A stretch of DNA of 36,020 bases, from positions 1 through 36,020 of the IMG/VR virus record IMGVR_UViG_3300045988_117755; one strand, 5' to 3'. Position numbers and translations under genes: made by a program. This document shows, piece by piece, positions 7,951 to 15,623 of the stretch. This DNA comes from a virus. Each line of letters opens with the position of its first letter. Position 1 is the stretch's first letter. The notes beneath the pieces are model-generated. The model did not search any database. It saw only the letters and a list, made by a program, of their open reading frames with translations, and was not told the DNA's origin.

Positions 7951-8168
7951 CAGTTGCTCGCCGCCTTTCGCCCTGCCAGCTCATCGAGGCTCACGCCGTA
8001 GTGGTTGGCGAGCTTCCAGGCATCGTCGAGGCCGATACCGCCGCGATTCTCCCACGCGCACAGGGTCGATTCATGGACGCCGATGGCGTCTGCCACCTCG
8101 CGCTGCGTCTCCCCCTTGCGTGCGCGGTGGGCGCGAAGCTCAGCCGCGATGATCTCGGATTTATTCAA
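7950..8168 (-). CDS. XRE-family HTH transcriptional regulator (Cro/CI-like), 72 aa.
   Basis: ...KGETQREVADAIGVHESTLCAWENRGG... is an HTH_3 motif. TTG start 8168 with AAGGAGGTG RBS. First gene downstream of the operator region. Confidence 0.8.
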   Translation of the reverse strand: MNKSEIIAAELRAHRARKGETQREVADAIGVHESTLCAWENRGGIGLDDAWKLANHYGVSLDELAGRKAASN

Positions 8169-8190
8169 GTGGGCACCTCCTTTACCATCT

Positions 8191-8300
8191 GCTGGGTAAT
8201 TACGGTTTCTATATTACCCATTTGCCGGTAATGGGCAATACATTTTCCCATATTTGATTGTTTTTTTTCTAGCTGCTGGTAATAACTGGTGCAGGGGACC
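8191..8300 (-). promoter_or_regulatory. Promoter and operator for the HTH gene. Minus-strand -35 TTGCCC, 17-nt spacer, -10 TAATAT. Contains the palindrome GTAATTAC (8198-8205) and a 25-bp near-palindrome TTACCCATT-tgccggt-AATGGGCAA (8213-8241), plus repeated GGTAAT/ATTACC motifs.
   Basis: AT-rich island between the late-operon terminator and the HTH gene; motifs read directly from the sequence. Confidence 0.6.
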
Positions 8301-8330
8301 GGATACCACGGGGTAAAACCGCTCAAACGC

Positions 8331-8364
8331 AAAAATCCCCCTCCCCGCCGAAGCGGAGAGGGGT
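8331..8364 (-). terminator. Intrinsic terminator at the end of the late/lysis operon: an 11-bp stem CCCCUCUCCGC with UUCG tetraloop, followed by GAUUUUU.
   Basis: Hand-folded; the U tract follows on the minus-strand RNA. Confidence 0.8.
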
Positions 8365-8372
8365 GCGTCGTC

Positions 8373-9248
8373 CTATACGGTCAGCTTGCCGAGGTTCATC
8401 TGGTGCTGGAGCGCCTTGACGCTCTTCGACGGGTAGTCGACCTTGCCGTCGATTTTCGTGGCACCTGAGACGGGCTTGTAGTACTCGATGAAGTGGTCCC
8501 ACGTGTCGGGGCCGCAGAGCTTGTCGACCTTCGCCCCCCACAGCTCCTGCAGGTAGCCGATAAGCGGCGAGCCATCCTTGTAACCGGATTCGAGCCATTC
8601 CCAGCCCGTTGTGCATCCCTTGGAGATGCCCTTCCAGTCGGCGTTCTGGCGGCTCACCTTGCCGTCCTTGTATTTCATGCCCGCGAGCTCCTGGGCCCTC
8701 AGCGTGGTGGCCTCGCCCCATTTGCCGTCCTCTGCGAGCTTGGTCGGCAAGGTCGAGGTCTGCTGGGCGCTGTAGGAGGGCCGGATGACGCAGTAAACGT
8801 CATCCCACGAGCGCACCTTTCGCGCGACGCTGCCAGAGCGCCCGTCGGGGCCGGTGGTGTTGCCCTCGATGGTCTGGACGCTTGAGCCTCGGTTGATTTC
8901 GCAGAATCCAGTGTGATCCCAGCTCCAACCAGTATTGTCCCAATCGAAGATAAGCACGTCGCCGGGCTTGGCGTCCCTCTTGTCCGATAGGACCGCGCCC
9001 TTCGGTTTCGCCGCGTTGTAGGCTGCGGAGCACGACGCGGTGGGGAACCCGGAGCACGACGCCCCGGCTTGATCTAGGCACCAGCTCACGAACATGGCGC
9101 AGAACGCCACGCCGTTCTGGCCGAAGTAGCTCGAACCGGTCTTCTGGGCATACCACCGACCATACTTCGTCCCCGCCTGCGGGTCATCCCAACGGCAATA
9201 TCCAATTTCCGCTGCGGCGATGCGCAGCACGTCCTGTGCGGTAGCCAT
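8373..9248 (-). CDS. Endolysin with an N-terminal CHAP domain (Cys/His amidase-peptidase) and a C-terminal cell-wall-binding region.
   Basis: ...AFCAMFVSWCL (catalytic Cys) ... DVLIFDW...DHTGF (His). Last gene before the terminator. Confidence 0.75.
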   Translation of the reverse strand: MATAQDVLRIAAAEIGYCRWDDPQAGTKYGRWYAQKTGSSYFGQNGVAFCAMFVSWCLDQAGASCSGFPTASCSAAYNAAKPKGAVLSDKRDAKPGDVLIFDWDNTGWSWDHTGFCEINRGSSVQTIEGNTTGPDGRSGSVARKVRSWDDVYCVIRPSYSAQQTSTLPTKLAEDGKWGEATTLRAQELAGMKYKDGKVSRQNADWKGISKGCTTGWEWLESGYKDGSPLIGYLQELWGAKVDKLCGPDTWDHFIEYYKPVSGATKIDGKVDYPSKSVKALQHQMNLGKLTV

Positions 9249-9347
9249 CTACTCGGCCTCCTCGTAGCCGACCTCGATGGGCTCTTCAACATTCGGCTTA
9301 TCGGCTCCCTTGCTCTGGGAGTCGGTCAACTCGATTTCTTCAGCCAT
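9249..9347 (-). CDS. 32-aa acidic micro-protein (MAEEIELTDSQSKGADKPNVEEPIEVGYEEAE), abutting the endolysin start (TAG-ATG).
   Basis: GGAAGGAG RBS 5 nt upstream; translational coupling to the endolysin. Confidence 0.4.
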   Translation of the reverse strand: MAEEIELTDSQSKGADKPNVEEPIEVGYEEAE

Positions 9348-9412
9348 ATGAGCTCCTTCCATACGGGAAAGGGCCCCGCAGGGCCCTCCGTTCGCTTCAA
9401 TTCGTTTTTCGG

Positions 9413-9490
9413 TTACTGCTGCTCGTCGTCGCCCCGGTCGAAGAGGCGGAAGAGAGCGGTGTCAGCGAGGTCGTTCTCGCAATCGGCCAT
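9413..9490 (-). CDS. 25-aa micro-ORF (MADCENDLADTALFRLFDRGDDEQQ) coupled to the holin stop (TGATG).
   Basis: ATG 9490 overlaps the holin TGA. Followed by hairpin GGGCCC-CGCA-GGGCCC (9371-9386). Confidence 0.3.
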   Translation of the reverse strand: MADCENDLADTALFRLFDRGDDEQQ

Positions 9491-9732
9491 CACTGCTCAC
9501 CGCCCTTCTTGATGGCGTCCAGGTACGCCTGCGCGTCCTGCGCCGCCTTGGTGACGTTCGCGTTCTTCCACCAGCTGTAGACGGCTACAACCGCCGCAGC
9601 GACGACGAGGAGCACCGTCGACAGCGCCTCGGGGTCCGTGGTGAGGCCGAAGCCGCCCAGCGCGCCGCATGCGAGCATCGCAGCCAAGCGGATGAGCGCG
9701 ATGATGCGCTCGGAGTTCCAACCGGATTCCAT
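9490..9732 (-). CDS. Holin, 80 aa, with two transmembrane segments and the motif ...VYSWWKNANVTKAAQ.
   Basis: ATG 9732 with AGGAAGGA RBS; two hydrophobic helices and a charged C-terminus; adjacent to the endolysin. Confidence 0.65.
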   Translation of the reverse strand: MESGWNSERIIALIRLAAMLACGALGGFGLTTDPEALSTVLLVVAAAVVAVYSWWKNANVTKAAQDAQAYLDAIKKGGEQ

Positions 9733-9733
9733 G

Positions 9734-10162
9734 TCAATCCTTCCTACTAAGCCCGCCGTCGGCGAGCATGTGCCTGTGTATGTCGGAGACGAGGGAGTCG
9801 GTGTGCCTCGCGAGCTCCTTCGTCTCCGAGACGTCCGCGCCCATCTCACGGGAGTGCGTAGCCGATTCATCGAGCCTCGCGAGCATCGCCGCGTTGGTGT
9901 TCGACAGCGTGTCGTTCGACTCGCGCAGGCCCCTCATGTTCTCGGCGAGCGCCGTGTTGGCCTTGATTCGGTCGGCGTCGTTCTGGGCCTCCCGCTCGCG
10001 TATGTCGAGCTCGCGCATCCTCAGCTCCTTGTGGCCCGGGTAGATGTAGCGGGCCACGACGAAGAGCACGCCTATGACGAGCACGGCACCGAGCAGCGCC
10101 CACCACGGGGACTCGCCTATACCGTGGCCCACCCCGTCCCAGAAGCTCTCAGATGGATTCAT
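9734..10162 (-). CDS. Lysis-cassette membrane protein: N-terminal transmembrane helix followed by a long coiled coil (holin-like or lysis regulator).
   Basis: WWALLGAVLVIGVLFVVARYIY transmembrane segment, then heptad-rich sequence; GGAGGTGA RBS. Confidence 0.5.
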   Translation of the reverse strand: MNPSESFWDGVGHGIGESPWWALLGAVLVIGVLFVVARYIYPGHKELRMRELDIREREAQNDADRIKANTALAENMRGLRESNDTLSNTNAAMLARLDESATHSREMGADVSETKELARHTDSLVSDIHRHMLADGGLSRKD

Positions 10163-10277
10163 GGATCACCTCCCCCCGGTCTACATATCGAGCGTCTCGC
10201 CCGGATGTAACGTTTTCGAGCCTTTTTGAGCGTTGCCAGGCAGTAGGAACTGCGGAATCATCAGGTGGCCAATGCGG

Positions 10278-10877
10278 CTATAGCAGGCCGTACACGGCGG
10301 CCAAGTTAGCTCCTCTATCGTATGACGTATCGCCCCACGACGCGCCCCAAATGGACAGTCCGCCATCTTCTAGCAGTGTAAACGTTGTTCCCGACGCGGT
10401 GGCCCTTGCTGCCTGGATGCGGAACGACCCGTTGTTGTCAGCGTAGCCGCCAACACCGCTTATGTATCTCCCTGCCCTGAAAGCGAAGACAACGCTGTCA
10501 GCTGCGCCGCCGAAGCAGAGGACGAACGCGTCGTATCCGGGCAGCCCGTCGATCTCAGCGCTCTCGCCGTAGGGCAGCTCTCCTTGCCAAAGCAATTTTC
10601 CATAATGGGAATTATCGTGGGCTATGACCCCCGTGACGGTCGATAGGTGCCCGTACGTCTGCACGATCACCCTGTCCCCAACGGCCACGCCCTTGCAGGC
10701 GGTGGTCATGGGCAGGCCGTACAGGGTGCCGCCGTGGAGGTCCACGTCGAGGCGCACGTCGGCCTCCGTCTCGTTCACCGCCTTGACGGTGCCGTACGAG
10801 ACCGTCACGAGGTCCGAGCGCCTCGGTGCCAGCGCCTCGGCGAGCTGCGTGCCGAGCTGCTGGATTCCGTCCGGCAT
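10278..10877 (-). CDS. Hypothetical tail-associated protein, 199 aa.
   Basis: Position between the tail genes and the lysis cassette; GGGAGG RBS. Confidence 0.4.
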   Translation of the reverse strand: MPDGIQQLGTQLAEALAPRRSDLVTVSYGTVKAVNETEADVRLDVDLHGGTLYGLPMTTACKGVAVGDRVIVQTYGHLSTVTGVIAHDNSHYGKLLWQGELPYGESAEIDGLPGYDAFVLCFGGAADSVVFAFRAGRYISGVGGYADNNGSFRIQAARATASGTTFTLLEDGGLSIWGASWGDTSYDRGANLAAVYGLL

Positions 10878-10878
10878 A

Positions 10879-11997
10879 TCATCGCCTCCCCTCGAAGGAC
10901 CGCGCCTCGCACGTCGTGCGCAGGCCGCCGCCCGACAGCTCCATGTCCTGCGTGCGCACCGCGAAGCTCCCTGACACCGAGCCGGACGGGAAGTCCATGC
11001 GCACCACGTCCCCCGGAGACACCGGGGCGTACACGTGCGAGAAGCGCACCCTGCGCACGGGGGCCTGCTCCGTCTCGAGCAGCTGCGCCGCCTTGGCGTC
11101 CGCGTAGCGCTGCGCCTCGTCCCCGTCCACGCCCTCGGGGAGGTCGCTGTAGGAGTAGGAGGCGACGATGCGCCTGCCGCGAGCCACGGTCGACCACGGC
11201 GACAGCGGGTCGTCGTCCACGGCCACGCCGACGTACTCGGCCTCCTGCGTGGAGTAGACCGCGACGACCACGTTGGCCACCTTGGAGGTGTCGCGCTCGT
11301 CGGTCATGGAGCGCTCGAATCGGGCCGTCGGCCCCTCGGCGAAGCTCCACGACGGCGACTTCGCGGAGGGCTCCACGTAGCGCCTGAGCTGCACTGCGCC
11401 CATGCCGTCCGTGGTCGCGGAGGCGAAGCCCGCGATGGAGAGGAGCGCGTTCACCGCGTCGAGCTTGCTCCCGCCGTCCTCCGAGTCGGTGGCGAGCCCG
11501 AAGGTCCACGGGGCGGACAGCCGGTAATCCGATTCGTCGGCCTCGCAGCCGAGCCCGCACGACCGCACGATGTCCGCCGCGACCTCCACCGGGCTCTCCC
11601 CCGCCGCGATGGTGAGCGGGGACTCGAATGCGTCGTCCGACAGCTCCTGGAGCCTGCCGGAGCACGATACGGTGGAGGACTCCGAGAGCCCGTCCACCTC
11701 CCTGCTCGGCACGTTGGGGAGCCACGTCCCCACGGGCACGTCGGCCTCGTAGCCGTCCGCCCACCTCGGGCAGAAGTAGCAGCGCACGAGGCCCGTCCCG
11801 GCGTCGAAGCCGCCCGCGCACGCGATGGAGGCCGACTCCTTTATCTGGGTGTCCTGGTTTCTCGCGATCGTGGAGCCCTCGGCGCGTAGCGTCCGCAGCT
11901 CGGCCGTCTCAAGCCCCGTGGAGCGGTCCACGAGCATGAAGCGGTAGGCGGTCGTGTAGCGCATGGCCCAGCGGGACGCGGGCACCTCGTCAGCCAT
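10879..11997 (-). CDS. Minor tail protein, 372 aa.
   Basis: Position downstream of the tail fibre; Cys pairs; no enzymatic motif. Confidence 0.4.
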   Translation of the reverse strand: MADEVPASRWAMRYTTAYRFMLVDRSTGLETAELRTLRAEGSTIARNQDTQIKESASIACAGGFDAGTGLVRCYFCPRWADGYEADVPVGTWLPNVPSREVDGLSESSTVSCSGRLQELSDDAFESPLTIAAGESPVEVAADIVRSCGLGCEADESDYRLSAPWTFGLATDSEDGGSKLDAVNALLSIAGFASATTDGMGAVQLRRYVEPSAKSPSWSFAEGPTARFERSMTDERDTSKVANVVVAVYSTQEAEYVGVAVDDDPLSPWSTVARGRRIVASYSYSDLPEGVDGDEAQRYADAKAAQLLETEQAPVRRVRFSHVYAPVSPGDVVRMDFPSGSVSGSFAVRTQDMELSGGGLRTTCEARSFEGRR

Positions 11998-14900
11998 TCG
12001 AAGCCTCCTCGAAAGCGCATTCGTCCATGGTCACGTCGATTGTGCGCACGTCCCTAGAGCCCTGCACGAGCGAGATGCTGAAGGAGGCCCTGCAGAGCAT
12101 CCTGTTTCCGTCGAAGTCGCGGAACCAGGCCTCCGGGTACTCGCGCGACAGCGCGCGCACGCGGTTCGCATGCTCCCTGCTAGTCACGGCGTACGACCGC
12201 GACGCGGAGCCCGTGATGGCCCCGGTCGGGTAGAAGAGCGGGAGCGAGCCGTCCCCGGTGGCGAAGTCGTAGAGCGTCCCGCCGTGGTCCGCCGACTCGC
12301 TGCCCGAGGCGTTGTAGCCCATGAGCAGCGCGACAGACGCGCCCTGCCCGAAGTTGAAAGCCTCCATGCCGCCCGAGTCCACATGCGCCGGGAGCTCCTG
12401 CGTGCTGGAGACCCCCGTCCCGGCGTAGGCCGTGACGAGGTACGTGAAGTCCACGTTGAGCGGCGGCAGCGGGTCGATGGCCTGCTGGCCCTCCGTGAGC
12501 CCCGTGGCTATGGTGTGCCTGGAGCCGTCTGGGAGCGCCCTCTGCACGGTGAATGACTCCGTTTCCGGGTAGTCCCCGCGCACATCGCATGGCACGTTCG
12601 AGGCGCGGAAGACCTGCGTCTCGGCTGCCGGGAAGGCGGGCATGGCGATGCCGGGGAGGTCCACCTCCTGCGGGGTGGCGAGCTTGTAGAGCAGCGTCTT
12701 GCCGCCGCAGACGTTGGCGATGTCCTGCGCGGTCTCGCCTGAGCCGATTGATGCGTAGGCGTAGTCCCGTGCCGCGACGATGGACGTCGAGCGATACGGA
12801 TCGTCGGTGGCGGCTCTCGGCGGCAGCGCGTCGCTCATGACCGTTCCGGGCACGTAGCTACGGACCGCATCAGGTGAGATGCCCGTCACATACCGGGCGT
12901 CCGAGCCGCCCGGTTCCCGCTTCCACGACGCCGCGTCACCGGGCAGCTCCTTCACCCCCACCCTCTGAATCAGCGTCACCGCGCCCGTGCCGTCGATGCG
13001 CAGCTCGTCGCGCGTGCCGTCGGGCAGGGAGTTGAGGGCGTGGCCGTCGAGGTCGACGGGGGTGGTGGTGATCTGAGGAGGCTCGTAGGCGGTGGCGGTG
13101 GAGCCGAGTTCGAGCTGCGGGTAGATTGTCACGTTGTCGAACTTACTGCCCGCCGAAGCCGAGATGACGAAGCGGAAGTAGTGAGGACCGCCGTCTTTCA
13201 CGGTCCCGACAGGGTTAGTAAGCCTCATAAGCAATCCGACATTACCACCCTGAGGCTCATACACACTTTCGATACGTACGTAGGCGCGCCTCGACTCCGG
13301 CCATTCATCGAACCCGCTCAGCGTGTACGTTCCGTTGGGAAGATAGAAGTCTAATGCTGTGTCGTAGAAACAAAAGACGCCTGTAGCGGTGCCGTTGAAG
13401 GTGATTGACCCGTCATCGTGCTTGACCACTGACACCCCGACATCAGTAGTGCTGTTAGATGGTGTTTTCAGCAGGTTCTTCCCCGCCGTCACGATAGACA
13501 GCTCGTCCACCCCGTTCAGCCCCGGCGGGCACCACGGCTGGGCCTCGCTGCCCTCGTTGAGCATGATGCGGTAGGTGCCGGAGATTGCGGTGCCGACGGG
13601 GGCGACGCTGTAGAATAGACAGTTGACAAAGGCGGTGTTGCTGGGCAGTGTCGCGGTAGCCGTCTTCTTGTTATTGAGCACCTCTAGGAGGAACCCAGCG
13701 ATTACAACATTGTCCGCGTCTCTCGGCTCGAGCCTGAACACCAAGCCAGACGGGAGCGTATTGTCCACCGACAGCGTGTAGGTCGAGCCGGGTCGAAGAA
13801 TATATCTCCGCGTATAACCGATCCAGACGTTGCTGGAGGTCGAGGTGCCCGATACGGTCAGCGAACCATTATCGTTACTCTTTACGGTCACGCCGCTCAC
13901 TGTGCCCGACGGGTTCACCCACAGGTTCTGCCTCGTGTTGCCGAACACCGTGAAGCCCGGTACCAGCGTGCCCGGTGTGGCCGTGACCTCGATGACCTCG
14001 CCCGTCTCGGAGCTGGGACTCCCCGCGTACACGGTGACGGCGGCGGAGAGGTCGGAGGGGTCCACGGACAGCCCCGCGTCGGGCCGCGCGGGCTCCGCGA
14101 AGCTCGTGGAGAACGAGCGGGTGGCGGTGGTCGTGAGCGACGAGCCGCCGCGCATGGTGAGTCGCAGGCTGTAATTGGTCGCGTTGCTGAGCTGGTATGT
14201 GCTCGCGTCGAAGGTGTATTGCCGCGTGCCTTTTGACGGCGTGGCGGAGTGCAGCACCTTTCCGGACTCGTCCATGAGCTGCAAGCTCTGCGACGCCACG
14301 CCGGTCGAGTCGGTGATGCTCCATTCAGCGACGAGCGGGAGGTCGCCGATCTTCGCCCCGTCGATGGCTGGCGTGGTGAAGTGCGCCTCGGGAGGTACGG
14401 CCACGGCGAACGAATAGTAGCTAGCCCACGCGCCCCAGTCGGGGTCGAGGCCGTGGGTTCGCACGCGCACCTTGACGGTGCCCGCCGACGCTGTGGCCGA
14501 CGATGGGAGCCGGTACGTGGTTACCGAGCCCTGCACCGTGGCCGTCTGCGCGGCGGCGGAGCCAATCTGGTACTCCACCTGCGCCTGCGTCTGGGCCGAG
14601 CCGTCCGGGTGGTTCGGGGTCCACGAGATGACGACGGACGAGCCCACGGCGATGACCGATGCGGGCTTGGCGGTGATGGTCGGCGCGTTCGGGGCTACGA
14701 TCGTCGTGATGGTCGCCGATTCCGTCCAGCCAGACAGCAGGCTGTCGCGCTTCGAGCGGGCGCGCAGCTTCGCGGTACCTCCGCCCACGTCGACGGTCTG
14801 CGGGAACGTCGTGTAATTCCCGACATCCTTCCACTCGCCGCCGTTGAGAGATTTTTGCACGTCCCAGCTCGTGGCATATGGGGCGTTGGAGCCATCGACG

Positions 14901-15622
14901 TCGACCCGTACCGACGTGCCGCTCGTCTTTGTCATGGTCACCGAAGCAGGGGCCGCAGGCGTCGTGTAGAGCGCCGCAGCGGTCGCGTGGTCCGAGGTGC
15001 CTCCCGGGCCGTAGGAGCACACGCGGTACTCGTATTTGTGATTCGCCGATGTGGTCCTGTCCGAGTAATTGATCGCATCCCATGACAGGTTCGCGATGTT
15101 GACCCAGCTGCCATCGTCGACGCGGCGGTCCACGTAGACCCCTGACCACGGATAGCCGCCGTCCATGCCGGTGTAATCGCCCTGCCACGTCAAATCCATC
15201 TGGGTGTCGCTCGTGCGCTTCGCGGCGAAGTTCTTCGGAGGATGGGGCTTGTAGTAGGTGCGCGCCGGGATGGACACAGTTGCGTATGCAGTGGATGTGC
15301 CGTTGTGGAAACCGCCCGTGAGCTGCACGCGACCGGATACCGAGACGTTCCTAGCGCTAGACCCCTTGCTGACCGTGACCGTGTGGGTTACTGCCAGCTG
15401 ATTGACGGTCTGGCCCGTCCCGGAAGTGGCCGAGAAGTTAGCGGTCGCTGAGGTGTTGCCGTCGATGGTGCCGCTTGCGTTAGCGCGTACTTTATAACCG
15501 TACCCGATGGAGTGGAAGTAGACATTAAGCGTGATGGTCGCGGTCGTGTCCGTCTGCGAGGTTATTGAGGCCTCGATATACGACTGCCACCGGTTGACAA
15601 CGTTTCCGTAGGCTGATGCCAT
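11990..15622 (-). CDS. Large tail fibre / receptor-binding minor tail protein with fibronectin type III repeats, 1210 aa.
   Basis: FN3 signatures (…DLTWQ…YEYRVCSYGPGG…); Ser/Thr/Gly-rich beta-rich composition; immediately after the tape measure protein. Confidence 0.65.
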   Translation of the reverse strand: MASAYGNVVNRWQSYIEASITSQTDTTATITLNVYFHSIGYGYKVRANASGTIDGNTSATANFSATSGTGQTVNQLAVTHTVTVSKGSSARNVSVSGRVQLTGGFHNGTSTAYATVSIPARTYYKPHPPKNFAAKRTSDTQMDLTWQGDYTGMDGGYPWSGVYVDRRVDDGSWVNIANLSWDAINYSDRTTSANHKYEYRVCSYGPGGTSDHATAAALYTTPAAPASVTMTKTSGTSVRVDVDGSNAPYATSWDVQKSLNGGEWKDVGNYTTFPQTVDVGGGTAKLRARSKRDSLLSGWTESATITTIVAPNAPTITAKPASVIAVGSSVVISWTPNHPDGSAQTQAQVEYQIGSAAAQTATVQGSVTTYRLPSSATASAGTVKVRVRTHGLDPDWGAWASYYSFAVAVPPEAHFTTPAIDGAKIGDLPLVAEWSITDSTGVASQSLQLMDESGKVLHSATPSKGTRQYTFDASTYQLSNATNYSLRLTMRGGSSLTTTATRSFSTSFAEPARPDAGLSVDPSDLSAAVTVYAGSPSSETGEVIEVTATPGTLVPGFTVFGNTRQNLWVNPSGTVSGVTVKSNDNGSLTVSGTSTSSNVWIGYTRRYILRPGSTYTLSVDNTLPSGLVFRLEPRDADNVVIAGFLLEVLNNKKTATATLPSNTAFVNCLFYSVAPVGTAISGTYRIMLNEGSEAQPWCPPGLNGVDELSIVTAGKNLLKTPSNSTTDVGVSVVKHDDGSITFNGTATGVFCFYDTALDFYLPNGTYTLSGFDEWPESRRAYVRIESVYEPQGGNVGLLMRLTNPVGTVKDGGPHYFRFVISASAGSKFDNVTIYPQLELGSTATAYEPPQITTTPVDLDGHALNSLPDGTRDELRIDGTGAVTLIQRVGVKELPGDAASWKREPGGSDARYVTGISPDAVRSYVPGTVMSDALPPRAATDDPYRSTSIVAARDYAYASIGSGETAQDIANVCGGKTLLYKLATPQEVDLPGIAMPAFPAAETQVFRASNVPCDVRGDYPETESFTVQRALPDGSRHTIATGLTEGQQAIDPLPPLNVDFTYLVTAYAGTGVSSTQELPAHVDSGGMEAFNFGQGASVALLMGYNASGSESADHGGTLYDFATGDGSLPLFYPTGAITGSASRSYAVTSREHANRVRALSREYPEAWFRDFDGNRMLCRASFSISLVQGSRDVRTIDVTMDECAFEEASNG

Positions 15623-15623
15623 G

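Noticed and set aside
10163-10277. Possible late/lysis promoter (TTACAT-N17-TATGTA) upstream of the lysis membrane protein
   Set aside because: Both hexamers are weak matches and no terminator precedes them, so read-through from the tail operon is more likely.
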